Assembly: GCA_963733095.1 (NCBI GenBank)
Contig: CAVTBV010000007.1
Span: 109,665-173,664 of the forward strand
DNA from: Candidatus Bathyarchaeota archaeon
GTDB lineage: Archaea; Thermoproteota; Bathyarchaeia; Bathyarchaeales; Bathycorpusculaceae
Direction of reading: 5' to 3'
DNA length: 64,000 nucleotides
The notes under the pieces were generated by a model, which was not told the origin of the DNA, did not search any database, and saw only the letters and a list, made by a program, of their open reading frames with translations. Each line of letters starts with the position of its first letter. Position 1 is the first letter of the stretch. Of the stretch, positions 36,087 to 46,828 are shown piece by piece. The position numbers and the translations under genes are program-made.

Positions 36087-36187
36087 AGTTCACGTTACAG
36101 ACTGTAATTAGGAGTTTCATAACCATTTCTCTATTTATCACTTAAATTTTGGCTTAGACTTCAAAGTTCGGAATTAATCAAGCCCAG

Positions 36188-36397
36188 TTAATCGTAGCCG
36201 TAAAAGATGTAGTTTTTAATTTTAGCGGATTCCACCCGAATTTTGTCAAACTTAAGAGAAATCAACTCGCTTTTTCCAGATTTGATGCTTGCCAATTTCA
36301 CCATTACAGACCCCTCGGTCTTTTTATGTTTCCATAGAATGAACCCCTGATGTTCCAACATTCTTACAAGGTTTTCAAATTCTGACAAAGCAATCAC
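36188..36397 (-). CDS. Small hypothetical protein
   Basis: 69-aa ORF, no motif. Confidence 0.35.
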   Translation of the reverse strand: MIALSEFENLVRMLEHQGFILWKHKKTEGSVMVKLASIKSGKSELISLKFDKIRVESAKIKNYIFYGYD

Positions 36398-37038
36398 AAG
36401 TCCAATAGTTTCAGTTTATAGAAAAAGCTTACTTCAAGTTTAGAATATGTAAGAAATAGGAAGCTGGCAGTTTTTCGCCTCAGTGTCCGTTTGGAAAAGC
36501 TGCTCTTTATTGACAAAAAAGCTGGCTTATAGCCGGTAGCCTAAAGTTAGAATTTGATGCTGATTTGAAAAAATGGGAAGAAAGAAAGAGCTTATTTTTG
36601 GACTTTTTTTGAAAGCAGAGTGTTCAATGCCATTCATTGAGTCCGTTTCTACTTATTTATTATTTTAGGAAGATAATCTTTCGTGGTGCTCTTTCTTTCC
36701 ATTCTATATTTGGCTGTAACCAAATTTAAAATTAACGTGTTGTAGTGCGACTACCACAAATAACCGCAGGTCCCTCCAGCTCAATGAGGTGTATGTGCAA
36801 ATGTCGGTCTAGATACTGATGCTAAGAGGATATAGTGATGATAAAATATTTTAGATAAACCTGAGAAGATTCATGCGTTAACTTCTCCTAAAAAAGATCA
36901 GTATCAGCAAATAACAAATAATTAATTGAATATTGATACAAAGATCAATTGGTTATTGGACAAACAATCAATCTTTACTTGCAATTAATTAATTGATAAA
37001 AATAAAAAAAAGAAAGGATTTTTATTGTTTTTTTGCGG

Positions 37039-39951
37039 TTATGGTTTTTTTCTAAGCATCAGCAGAGCTAGTACAACGCCAACAATCACTATTGCAAGGA
37101 TTATTGCAATGGATACTGGCAGGAAATACGTTTCAGACATTAAAGCAGATGTAGCTGTAGGTGTCGCGGTTGCAGCAGGTGCTTCTGTTACAGTCATGGC
37201 GGTTTCTGAGCTTGATGGCCAGTACCCGTTAGTGCCAGCGAATGTTGCGTAGACAGTGTAGTCACCTGGAACGTTGGGAGTTGCCCAACTGTAGTGGAAC
37301 ATGCCGTTGGTGTCGGTCATCGCATTGCCAATGGTAATAGAGTTGCCGTTGGGGTCGATAGCGGTTATCGTCACTGGAACTCCGGTAAAGTTAGTTGGCA
37401 GTGGTGCTTGCTGGTAGACGTACCCCATCCATTCTTTCATGCTTACATCAGAAGATACTGGAACTCCATGCGGGAAGTCAGCTGCCTGCTGGGTCTGGGT
37501 AGTGCCTGAGGAAATATCCATCACTGTGCCCTGTATGACTACTTTGTTGCCTGCTGTAATCTGGGTCAGCGGCGCCTGTATTGTGGTAGCGCTCGGTCCT
37601 CTTCCGATACTGTAGATGTTGTTGTCAAGACCGTTCATGCATGCTATGTAACCATCCGCAGTAGCCCATTGCCCACCAGGGCTGGTCCACTCGCTGGGGT
37701 AACCTGAAAGCGTCCATATTTCTGTTCCGTCAGTTGCATTGATAGCCCGGAAAGTACAGCCCTTATAGAACGGGTTAGGCATAGTGTGCTCTTCAGTAGC
37801 CAAGTAGACTGCTCCGTTAGCAATAGAGTTTATGAAGGTCGGATAATCACCGTAAAAGACGTTTAAGCCTGCACTTGTGCTGTTACCTTCACCGCCATTA
37901 CCGTACGTCCATAAGAGTTGTCCAGTCAAGTCGTTATAGCAATAGAGTATTCCTGCGTACCCACTAGTGTAGAGGTTGCCGTAAGCAAGGTTACAACTGT
38001 AGGGGTAGCTGGTCGTATAGTAGTCGAAGGGTGCTTGAGATTGAGTTGTCCATAGAAGTGCGCCTGTATCAAGACTGTACCCCACCCACTGCATAGTTTC
38101 TCCATAGTTGACAACGAAGACGCGGGTCTGCCAATCGATTCCTTCAACACTGAGAGTAAGGTTGCCTGCTGGTGGATCATAGTTCTTCATCCATAGTATA
38201 GAGCCGATTGCACCCCTAGAAGCGTTAAGGTTTACAGCGAACAATGTGTAGGGAAGCTGCGGATAGCCACTGTAGGTTCTCATGTAACCAATAGGTAAGG
38301 AAGCGTTTCTGCAAAGCATTACATCGCCGGTGTTAGCGCCTAGTACAGTCACAGGATTCGATCCAGGAGCTAACGGTGTAACCACTGATCCACTTGGACC
38401 AACACTTACCTGCACTCCCAAAGGCATAGTGTTTAGCCATGGCAACGAAACATTCCAATCATACGTAGTTATCGGTTGAGCATATTGGCCTGTTTGACCA
38501 AGAGTTGTGGGGTTGAGTGGGATGTTTGCGTTGACAGTGATTGTCGAACCGTAAGGAACCGATGCAAAGCCTCCAGTTGGTGTTGTACCTGAGGTGCCTG
38601 TGATTGGAACAGGAATGGTTGTAATGAGGACTCCGTTGCTTGCGTTTATTACTGATGGGTTTAGACTTCCGCCGCCGGTGTATGGATTAACGTCGTATTG
38701 CCATAGTTTGGATGAGTTCCATTGAGCCAGATACCACTGTGGATTCTGGGCAGTGCCAGCGTTAACAAAGACGTACCTTAGTTGTTCACCGCTTGGACCA
38801 GCTACCGCAGTGCCTGAGGGAACACCAGTTACGTTGAACAGGCGATCGCCAGTATATGCATCAAAGGCTTGTCCAAAGTTGCTTGTGAACAGTATCGGCG
38901 AAAAAGTTCCGTGCTGTTCACCGTTCCAAAGGTTGTAAATGTAGCCGAATGATAGCGCTGGAACATCACTTCGGGACCAAAGTACTTGTCCTGTGCGAAG
39001 GTCAACGCAGTCGGTTGGTCCACTGCTGGGGCCTGTGAATGAGACCACTTCAGTGTAGTAGAGGTATCCGCTGATTATTATCGGATTGCTAAATCTGGGT
39101 AGGTATGCAGTGCCTTCGAAGTACTGTGCTCCCTGAACACCACCGTCACCAGGAGTTGAGCCTCCAGCAACAAACGGGTTTCCTGAGACAACTCCCCCAA
39201 ACTGTAGGGGCTTTGTCCACATAACGTGAGAAGTCAGAGGACCAACGGCGTCACCGTGGTACAAGGTAGTGCTAGTATAGCCTGCTGGAACCGGTGAACC
39301 TGTGCCTAGCCAGTCTGAAGAAATCGACCACCAGTCAGTGCCCTCACCATATATTGGATGTGCCCAGTACTGCACTGGAAGGGGTGTGCTTCCTTTTGCC
39401 GCAGGGATTGGCTCTTGTTGGACAGTAAGCGTTGTAGTTGCAGAACTAGGGGAATAAGAATCACCAACTATTGAAGATTTTTCGTACCCGTTGCCATTAG
39501 CTCCGTAGACTTGTCCTGGGAAATCAAAGGTGAATCTGTATGTGCCAACCTGGTCAGGAGTGATTGTTATGTATTGTGACGATGTTGGATCAGAGATAGT
39601 AGCAAAGGTCTGTGTTGTAACTGTGCCGTCAGGTGCGGTAATGGTGAGCTTGTAGTTTTGGAATCTATAGCTGTTTGCTGTCAATGCTGCGCTAGCTGTG
39701 GAAGCATTCGTTCCAATAGCAGGAGTAGACCCTCCGGCAGCTCCGTAAACCGCATCGAGCCACATGTAAACATGTGCGTTCTGACCTACACCTATAGGGC
39801 TAGGAGCTGCAATAATATAGGCATATGTGGGAATATCCCATGCTGGGGTATGCGCGTTTGTATTGGGTAATAGAGTCATCGAAGTTCCTATTGAAATTGT
39901 TAGAATTGCTGCAATCAAAATAGCTAACATTTTATTCTTTAATAACTTCAT
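37039..39951 (-). CDS. Membrane-anchored PQQ-like beta-propeller surface protein, paralog 4
   Basis: Closest to paralog 1 (shared GTN.STASAAL.AN.YRF, QWNSSKLWQYD.NPYTGGGSL); TM + RKKP. Confidence 0.85.
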   Translation of the reverse strand: MKLLKNKMLAILIAAILTISIGTSMTLLPNTNAHTPAWDIPTYAYIIAAPSPIGVGQNAHVYMWLDAVYGAAGGSTPAIGTNASTASAALTANSYRFQNYKLTITAPDGTVTTQTFATISDPTSSQYITITPDQVGTYRFTFDFPGQVYGANGNGYEKSSIVGDSYSPSSATTTLTVQQEPIPAAKGSTPLPVQYWAHPIYGEGTDWWSISSDWLGTGSPVPAGYTSTTLYHGDAVGPLTSHVMWTKPLQFGGVVSGNPFVAGGSTPGDGGVQGAQYFEGTAYLPRFSNPIIISGYLYYTEVVSFTGPSSGPTDCVDLRTGQVLWSRSDVPALSFGYIYNLWNGEQHGTFSPILFTSNFGQAFDAYTGDRLFNVTGVPSGTAVAGPSGEQLRYVFVNAGTAQNPQWYLAQWNSSKLWQYDVNPYTGGGSLNPSVINASNGVLITTIPVPITGTSGTTPTGGFASVPYGSTITVNANIPLNPTTLGQTGQYAQPITTYDWNVSLPWLNTMPLGVQVSVGPSGSVVTPLAPGSNPVTVLGANTGDVMLCRNASLPIGYMRTYSGYPQLPYTLFAVNLNASRGAIGSILWMKNYDPPAGNLTLSVEGIDWQTRVFVVNYGETMQWVGYSLDTGALLWTTQSQAPFDYYTTSYPYSCNLAYGNLYTSGYAGILYCYNDLTGQLLWTYGNGGEGNSTSAGLNVFYGDYPTFINSIANGAVYLATEEHTMPNPFYKGCTFRAINATDGTEIWTLSGYPSEWTSPGGQWATADGYIACMNGLDNNIYSIGRGPSATTIQAPLTQITAGNKVVIQGTVMDISSGTTQTQQAADFPHGVPVSSDVSMKEWMGYVYQQAPLPTNFTGVPVTITAIDPNGNSITIGNAMTDTNGMFHYSWATPNVPGDYTVYATFAGTNGYWPSSSETAMTVTEAPAATATPTATSALMSETYFLPVSIAIILAIVIVGVVLALLMLRKKP

Positions 39952-39976
39952 TTTTTCTTTCCTCTCAAATTTTAAT

Positions 39977-40062
39977 GTGGCAAGAACACTTGAAATAACG
40001 TGCCCCACCAAAACCCAAATTACTAATCGTTGGCTTTATAAGATTATGGGAAGTACCCACTG
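39977..40062 (-). promoter_or_regulatory. Conserved promoter and leader hairpin of paralog 4
   Basis: Minus strand CAGTGGGTAC box, TTATAAAG, stem ending GTTCTTGCCAC. Confidence 0.6.
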
Positions 40063-40545
40063 GTGACAAAAATCTTCATTATGTATTATTTTAAAAGAGA
40101 ACCTAAAAGCTTGAAAATTACTACCAATATTTTCAGATTTTTTGAAGCATTGCAGTTTGTTAGTTAGGGCTATATTGAACCGATAAAACAAAACAAAAAA
40201 ATTAGAATCATATATCAGCCTTTGTCCTGATTCTTGCTTTTTCTCTGTTGTAGCTCTGGTTTTTGTATTTGGGACGCATCGATTTTTTTAAAATAAATTG
40301 AACAGAGAAGCAAACATCGATACAAGAATACTTCTGTTTTATCCTAAAAAAATTGGGATACCGTCCAAGTATATTTCAAACTGATTTGCACTTGGATTTA
40401 TGTTACTAACATCAGTAATACTGTAGTTATTTTCTGTAACGCTCACTCAGCACCCTAAAGCAGCAAATCCGATTCGCCCAATTAAGCGCTTCTTGCTCTA
40501 AAGTGCAGCGGAGTGCAAAGAAGTAGGGTTCGCCAACATACTTGT

Positions 40546-40726
40546 ACACTCACACCCACACTACTCTGCATACACTACACTCTATGTTTAGATATGTGGG
40601 CAAACATTCTTCCCACACAAAAACCGCACAAGCCAACAAGCCTAAACCAAAAAAGCAACCATATCCAAACCCCACAGTGTAGTGTTAAAACATTAGAACC
40701 CCACACCCACACAAAGACAAAAAAAA
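40546..40726. repeat. Direct repeat family B, copy 2
   Basis: Near-identical to 31675-31850. Confidence 0.95.
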
Positions 40727-40901
40727 ATTGGAATCTAAGTTTTGCCTCTCTTCCAGCTAACTGTTATAGACTTCAATTCCAACTCTGGAAGCTAGAAAAC
40801 CTTAAAAGTTTCTCACCCATCATCTTGGCGCTCAACAACGTCAATCTCGACGAAAAAAAGGAAAAGACACTATACTAAAGTGAGTAAGTGAAGGGTTATT
40901 A

Positions 40902-42572
40902 ATGGTACAGTACAAGTGGGTTGCACTCTCGAACACGACTATTGGCATGTTGATGGCTTCTATCGACATGACTATCGTTTTGATTGCTATGCCATCGATT
41001 TTTAGAGGAATAAACATCGATCCCTTCACGTCTTTTCAGTACCTGCTCTGGATAATGTTCGGCTACAGCATCGTAACCGCCACCCTACTAGTCACCTTCG
41101 GCAGACTATCAGACATCTACGGCAGAGTAAAACTCTACAACCTAGGCTTCGCCATATTCACCGCCGGCTCCATCCTACTATTCTTAACACCCAGCACAGG
41201 CGATGCAGGAGCCATAGAACTAATCATATTCCGCATAGTCCAAGGAGTCGGGGCAGCATTCCTTTTCTCCAACAGCGGAGCAATCATAACCGACGCCTTC
41301 CCAGAAAATGAACGAGGCAAAGCATTAGGCATCAACCAACTAGCCTTCCTTGCAGGCTCACTAATCGGCTTAGTCTTAGGCGGAGTTTTAGCCGTTTACG
41401 ACTGGCGCTTGGTCTTTTTAGTCAGCGTCCCCGTGGGAATCATCGGCACAGCTTGGTCTTATTGGAAACTAAAAGAACAAAACATTGCAAGAAAAAAACA
41501 GAAAATGGACATATGGGGCAACATAAGCTTCGGCGGAGGCTTAACTTTGATCTTAGTCGGTATAACCTACGGCTTAACGCCCTACGGGTCATCGCCAATG
41601 GGCTGGGGCAACCCGTTTGTAGTCGCAGCACTCTTTTCAGGAGCCGCCTTGTTGTTTGCGTTTCCCTTCATCGAAAAACGCGTAGCTCAACCCATGTTCA
41701 ACTTGAGCCTCTTCAAAAACCGCCAATTCGCCACAGCCAACATCGCCACGTTCCTCAGCGCTATCTCAAGAGGAGGAGTCATGGTGATGCTTGTGGTGCT
41801 CTTGCAGGGCATTTGGCTTCCCCTTCACGGCTACAGCTACGACTCAACCCCATTCTGGGCAGGCATATTCATGCTTCCCATGTCCATAGGTATAGCACTC
41901 ACTGGACCATTAAGCGGCTGGTTATCAGACAAACACGGCGCAAGAATCCTAGCGACAGCTGGCATGCTAATAACGGGCTTAGCGTTCTTAATTTTCACCC
42001 TGTTGCCTGCGAACTTTGAATACTTGCCCTTCGCGTTAATACTCCTCGTTCTGGGCCTCGGTAACGGCATTTTCATGTCGCCCAACATGGCTTCGGTAAT
42101 GAATTCTTGTCCTAAGGAACACAGAGGCGCCGCGTCAGGAATGCGTTCGACACTTCAGAACTGTGGGCAAACCATCAGCCAAGCAATCTTCTTTGCTATA
42201 ATCATCATTTCACTAAACGCAACCCTGCCAGCGGCACTAACTACAGCTGTAGCCAATACAGGAGCTCCATCACAGGTCGCGTCAGCATTCAGTCACACAC
42301 CAGCAGCAGGAGCACTCTTCGGCGCATTCCTAGGCTACAACCCCATAGGAACCATGCTTAACGGCATGGGAACACTAGCCACATCACTACCCTCAAGCAC
42401 CATAAACACTCTGGAAAGCCAAAGCTTTTTCCCCAACGCCATCTCCGCGCCCTTCATGACCGCTTTAACAACAGCTTTCATATTCGCAGCAGTCCTATGC
42501 TTCATAGCAGCATTGTTCTCAGCACTTAGAGGCGAAAAAACCGGCTGCCAAGAACAACAAGTCAAAGCCTAA
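40902..42572 (+). CDS. MFS drug-resistance transporter (DHA2/EmrB-QacA type)
   Basis: [34 protein letters not shown], about 14 TM. Confidence 0.92.
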   Translation: MVQYKWVALSNTTIGMLMASIDMTIVLIAMPSIFRGINIDPFTSFQYLLWIMFGYSIVTATLLVTFGRLSDIYGRVKLYNLGFAIFTAGSILLFLTPSTGDAGAIELIIFRIVQGVGAAFLFSNSGAIITDAFPENERGKALGINQLAFLAGSLIGLVLGGVLAVYDWRLVFLVSVPVGIIGTAWSYWKLKEQNIARKKQKMDIWGNISFGGGLTLILVGITYGLTPYGSSPMGWGNPFVVAALFSGAALLFAFPFIEKRVAQPMFNLSLFKNRQFATANIATFLSAISRGGVMVMLVVLLQGIWLPLHGYSYDSTPFWAGIFMLPMSIGIALTGPLSGWLSDKHGARILATAGMLITGLAFLIFTLLPANFEYLPFALILLVLGLGNGIFMSPNMASVMNSCPKEHRGAASGMRSTLQNCGQTISQAIFFAIIIISLNATLPAALTTAVANTGAPSQVASAFSHTPAAGALFGAFLGYNPIGTMLNGMGTLATSLPSSTINTLESQSFFPNAISAPFMTALTTAFIFAAVLCFIAALFSALRGEKTGCQEQQVKA

Positions 42573-42674
42573 CAAGAAATTTTATTCTAATTTTAGCCAA
42601 CTTGTTTCTTTTTGAACAGCACCGCCAACATGAGTGTATATAAAACAAGCCCTATCAGAATCCACCCTGACGCT

Positions 42675-43005
42675 TCAGGCAAAAAGGTGTAGCAGTTTGT
42701 GGGTTAATCGATTCAGGAGAAGCGGTTTAGTCTTGCGTGGGGCTGGTATTGCCGTAGGCGACGGTGTTTCAAGGGTAAGTGTACAGCCTGCGGTTGAGGT
42801 TAATCCTTCAATGTCCCTGAATTGTGCGGTTACTGTTACTGTTCGTCGCCGCCTTGCAAGGTCCAAGTTCTAGATGGTTTGTAAGGTTCCCATGCAGACC
42901 ATGTTGCGTTGTCGTTTGAGAATCGCATTTGGCCGATCTATGAAGTGCCGTGAAGTGAGGATAGAGTTAGCGTAATTGTGGGGATTGGGTGATTGTTGCA
43001 CCCCA
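42675..43005 (-). pseudogene. Fragment of a secreted/surface protein Ig-like repeat
   Basis: Manual translation QMRFSNDNATWSAWEPY..SRTWTLQGGD / TVTAQFRDIEGL, with a stop and a frameshift. Confidence 0.5.
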
Positions 43006-43052
43006 GGGTAGATCCTATCAGCTGAAAACGACTCATCAAAATCTTGGAAAAC

Positions 43053-43291
43053 CTACCAGCTCCATGGAAGCATACTTGGGTAATATATGACAAGTATAGT
43101 CAGGATTACTGCAACTATCAAGGCACCTGTAACGATACTTCTTTTTGCATTGTACGACAGTCCCGCTCTGGCGGCTTTCTTTGAACGCTGACTTGCCATT
43201 GGAGCAGGTGTGTTTTTTGCAGTGCTTTTTCGCAATATTCACAAAAAACGGCACGTTCCTTATTTTGTCTGCCACAAAATGGACAAAACAT
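43053..43291 (-). pseudogene. Zinc-ribbon + single-TM protein, frameshifted
   Basis: MFCPFCGRQNKERAVFCEYCEK in one frame; TM segment IVTGALIVAVILTILVIYY in another. Confidence 0.65.
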
Positions 43292-43433
43292 AGTTTTTCT
43301 CAAAAATTAACTACCAAGCGAGGGCAATAAAGTTTCGCTTTAAGGCTTAAAAAATGGGACTTTTCAGTTCCCACTGCTCACTGAACATAACACCATTAAG
43401 AAACTAACTGACTTTAAAAACCGGCATGTGCTA

Positions 43434-45167
43434 TTACGTTTCTAACGCTTTCGCGGAAGCATTCGCGTAGACTGCCCCGAACTTGTTAACCAAATCTTTT
43501 TGAGTATAAATTGAAGAATGTAAATGGAAAAAGTTGCCCATCCTATCTGTCTCCACCCCAATTCCAATAACGATAACGTTTTTTCTAACCATATCGTCCA
43601 CACATTCCTTAAGCGAAATTGGCATGTTCGGGTAACCATAAGGCCAACCGTCAGAAATAATAATTAGAACTCGCTGCTCTTCAAAGCGTTTCGCTAACAT
43701 TTTTCCTGCAACCGTAATCGCGTCTGGAATGTATGTGAGTCCTTGAAACCTCAATCCACCAATCCTTGCTTTTACACGCTTCGAGTAAGATTCCGAGCTG
43801 TCTTTGAGAATATAGAGTTTATCACTGAAGGCAAAAAACGACCACGACGTGGCATCCATCATCAGTTCCTTCGCAGCTTCTGCAACAGCAATAGCCAACG
43901 CCCGACCATATTCACCTTTTACCTGCATACTATTGCTGACATCAAAAATCAACGACCATGCAAAACTCGGCTGCAAATACTCATCCAAATTAAAAACATC
44001 CGTCGCAGGCTTATTGGCTGCCAACGACTGAATAACAGCTGCCAAATCCAACTGACCCATCTCTTGTCGTGGATCTTCATCAAGATAGTTGTAAGCGGAA
44101 CGCAAAATATCCAAAAGTCGCCGACTCGCTCCCTGAACTAAACTTCTTGCCCTAAGATACTGAGTGTAGTCTTCTTCAGGAAAGGAAATGGACTTGAAAC
44201 GGGTAAATCCAAGATACGGCTGAAGTTTAGCAATGATCTTTTCTTCCCGTTGCTTTTGGTAATGATCTGAATTGAACGCCTGTAGCCCTTCTGCCTCTTG
44301 TTCAGGACGCCACAGTTGCTCTATATGATCAACAGTTGGAACGTCGCCACCTATGGCCATTAGTGATTGCACAAATAAGCCTTCAAAATCATCCTGTGAT
44401 GTTTCAAAGTCACTATAAATGCTACATCGACCAGTTATTTCAGTATGTTTAAGCGAAGGCGCTTCCAAAAACGGTCCAAATGGCTCAAGCAAACCAACTA
44501 TCGTCTTAACTTTTTCATCAAAAAGATCATCAGCTTTAATTTCTTCGCCACCAATGGAAGCCATAAATTTTTCTTTGAGCACTAAAATATCGCTGCGGAG
44601 CTGATTTACAATTTTTTCTTCTTCTGCACCTGGTGAACCTTTCGTTGCACCCATATTTAGCTGAGTAAGCAGAGCAGACATAAGCTTCGTAGAGGACGTG
44701 AAAATCCGCTCTGAAGCCTTAATCTTTTGATATGCCAACGCATTTGCGTATGCTATGTCAAAGAATCTGTCAGGATACCATGCTTGGATATAGGCGTTGA
44801 TGTAGGTATCATTAATTAACGATTTAGCGAAAGCGTCCACAATGGAGTCTTTCTCGTTTGGAACGATTCGATCTTTAGAAAACGGAGCCAAAGTATGTGT
44901 GGTTAGGTGCATGACGGATGCTCGAAATACCCTTCCAAGCTTAGATTTACCTGCGCTATCTCCAGCAAAAGTGAGCCCTAAATACCTTATCTTCTTGCCC
45001 TCTTCTAGCATCTGAACTGTCGGAAGCTTAATGGTGAAACCAACATTATCGCCAAGCAAAACAGGTTGCTCTAATGCTTCATCTTGGAGAATTTTTACTT
45101 TAGTGTTGTCCTTTTGCAGAGAAGCAGTCCAAGCGTAATCAATAAACCCCAATGATATTCGCTCCAT
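43434..45167 (-). CDS. vWA-domain protein (NorD/CbbO-like AAA partner)
   Basis: C-terminal MIDAS DVSNSM, GLT, IISDGWP, VIGIG. Confidence 0.85.
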   Translation of the reverse strand: MERISLGFIDYAWTASLQKDNTKVKILQDEALEQPVLLGDNVGFTIKLPTVQMLEEGKKIRYLGLTFAGDSAGKSKLGRVFRASVMHLTTHTLAPFSKDRIVPNEKDSIVDAFAKSLINDTYINAYIQAWYPDRFFDIAYANALAYQKIKASERIFTSSTKLMSALLTQLNMGATKGSPGAEEEKIVNQLRSDILVLKEKFMASIGGEEIKADDLFDEKVKTIVGLLEPFGPFLEAPSLKHTEITGRCSIYSDFETSQDDFEGLFVQSLMAIGGDVPTVDHIEQLWRPEQEAEGLQAFNSDHYQKQREEKIIAKLQPYLGFTRFKSISFPEEDYTQYLRARSLVQGASRRLLDILRSAYNYLDEDPRQEMGQLDLAAVIQSLAANKPATDVFNLDEYLQPSFAWSLIFDVSNSMQVKGEYGRALAIAVAEAAKELMMDATSWSFFAFSDKLYILKDSSESYSKRVKARIGGLRFQGLTYIPDAITVAGKMLAKRFEEQRVLIIISDGWPYGYPNMPISLKECVDDMVRKNVIVIGIGVETDRMGNFFHLHSSIYTQKDLVNKFGAVYANASAKALET

Positions 45168-45176
45168 TTACTGCGA

Positions 45177-46076
45177 TTAATTAAATACCGCCTCGAGGAT
45201 TCTCCTAACGTCAGCTTGAACCTCAACGTTATCGCTCGTTAACCCAACAAGCGTTTCTTCCGCGGCATCCATTGGCGTGTTTCCATCTTTCACTAATGTA
45301 GCCCAGTTAATCAAGTCACCTAAAGAAGGACCATAGGGCAAATCACCAGCCTTGTATTGCCTTCTTAATTCGGCACCTGCCTGAATAATCTTATATGCTG
45401 TATCCTCGTCGATTTTAGTTCTTTTACGCAACATATCCACTTCATCAGGCGATATTTTTTCACCGACACTTAAGAAATCGAAGTTAATCCATACAGCCAT
45501 ACGTCGTCTCATGGCAGCGTTTAGGGGTTTGGTGCCTGAGAACTCGGCGGTAGCTGGGTTCATGCTGATGATCATGTAACCGTATTTGTGGCGTTCGATA
45601 ACTTCGCTATCTTTCTCGTTTAAAACCAAGTGACCTCGGGTATCGAGGACTGGGTTGAGTCTTGTGGCGACGTCTTGTTTCATCATGTTGGCTTCGTCAA
45701 GGTACATTATGCCGCCTTTCCTGAGCCATTGCGTCAATAAGCCGTCGACCCAGTTTTCCTTGCCTAAACCAATAAATCGGCCAATTAAGTCGAAAGATGA
45801 TGTGGATAAACCGCAGTTTACTTCCCAAATCGGCAATCCGGTCAATTCGGCGACAAGGTAGACAATGTGGGTTTTGCCTGTACCTGAGGGACCAATCAGG
45901 CTACACTGTTTAAAGTAATAGAGGGCACGTACAATGCGTTCCACGTAATTTAATCCGTGGTCGAGGTATTCGGGTGTGCCTTTAGGGATCATATCGTCCA
46001 AGTGGGCAAAGCTAAAGTTTGGGTGCAGGTCGAATCGTTGGATGTTGTATTTGTTGTATAGAGGAGAGGTGGACAT
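45177..46076 (-). CDS. MoxR-type AAA+ ATPase (CbbQ/NirQ/NorQ/GvpN group)
   Basis: GPSGTGKT, YLDEAN, SMNP, LNAAMRRRM. Confidence 0.9.
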   Translation of the reverse strand: MSTSPLYNKYNIQRFDLHPNFSFAHLDDMIPKGTPEYLDHGLNYVERIVRALYYFKQCSLIGPSGTGKTHIVYLVAELTGLPIWEVNCGLSTSSFDLIGRFIGLGKENWVDGLLTQWLRKGGIMYLDEANMMKQDVATRLNPVLDTRGHLVLNEKDSEVIERHKYGYMIISMNPATAEFSGTKPLNAAMRRRMAVWINFDFLSVGEKISPDEVDMLRKRTKIDEDTAYKIIQAGAELRRQYKAGDLPYGPSLGDLINWATLVKDGNTPMDAAEETLVGLTSDNVEVQADVRRILEAVFN

Positions 46077-46450
46077 GGGACGCTCTTTGTCGAGAGATAC
46101 GGTTACTTTGAATTTGTCTTGTTTGAGCGAGGATACCTCTTGTATTCGGCTTGCTGCTTGTTTTTCTTTTAGCCCTTGGTGACCGTAGCTCGTTTTACCG
46201 CCTCCTCTAAGGCGATAGAGTGCATGAACAAGATAAATAAGTATTATTGATTGCTACTCCATATATAAAATTCAGATGTCCCCTCAACAAACTCAACCAC
46301 CAAAAACCCAAAACTACAACGCGGCAAAAAGCCAACAGACAAAATAAGTGATTTTGGTGCTTCAAAATACTGTGTAGAGCTACATAACAGGTCTTCAGAA
46401 CACTTTTATACCTTATCTCAAACCTTAAGACAACAGAGGCAAAACCTGAT

Positions 46451-46819
46451 ATGGGCACAATAATGATAGTTGACGACGCTTCATTCATGCGAGCCGTACT
46501 CAAAAAAATAGTGCTACAAGCAGGACATGAAGTAATCGCTGAAGCAACAAACGGCGACGACGCAATAAATCAGTTTCAGAAGTCTCAACCCGACTTAGTA
46601 CTGATGGACATAGTTATGCCTCCTGGACCAAAAGCAAAAGACGGCATAGAAGCGCTAAAACAAATAGTTTCAGGCAACCCCACAGCCAAAGTTGTGATGT
46701 GCAGTTCCATGGGGCAACAAGCCCTGATAGCTGAAGCCCTCAAATCAGGAGCGAAAGATTTCGTCATAAAACCTTTCCAACCACAAAAAGTATTCGAAGT
46801 TCTAACCAAATATTGCTGA
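46451..46819 (+). CDS. cheY: Chemotaxis response regulator CheY
   Basis: IVDDASFMR, LMDIVMP, SSMGQQ, KDFVIKPF. Confidence 0.92.
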   Translation: MGTIMIVDDASFMRAVLKKIVLQAGHEVIAEATNGDDAINQFQKSQPDLVLMDIVMPPGPKAKDGIEALKQIVSGNPTAKVVMCSSMGQQALIAEALKSGAKDFVIKPFQPQKVFEVLTKYC

Positions 46820-46828
46820 GGCAACCTA

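Noticed and set aside
16635-39951. Diversity-generating retroelement acting on the propeller genes
   Set aside because: No reverse transcriptase, and no template/variable repeat pair with adenine-specific mismatches was seen.
11850-40726. CRISPR array
   Set aside because: The repeats are long, dispersed and irregular; there is no 25-45-bp repeat with regular unique spacers and no cas gene.
31718-40878. ORFs 31718-31939 and 40513-40878 sharing MWANILPTQK...
   Set aside because: The identity comes from DNA repeat B; the sequences diverge exactly at the repeat end.
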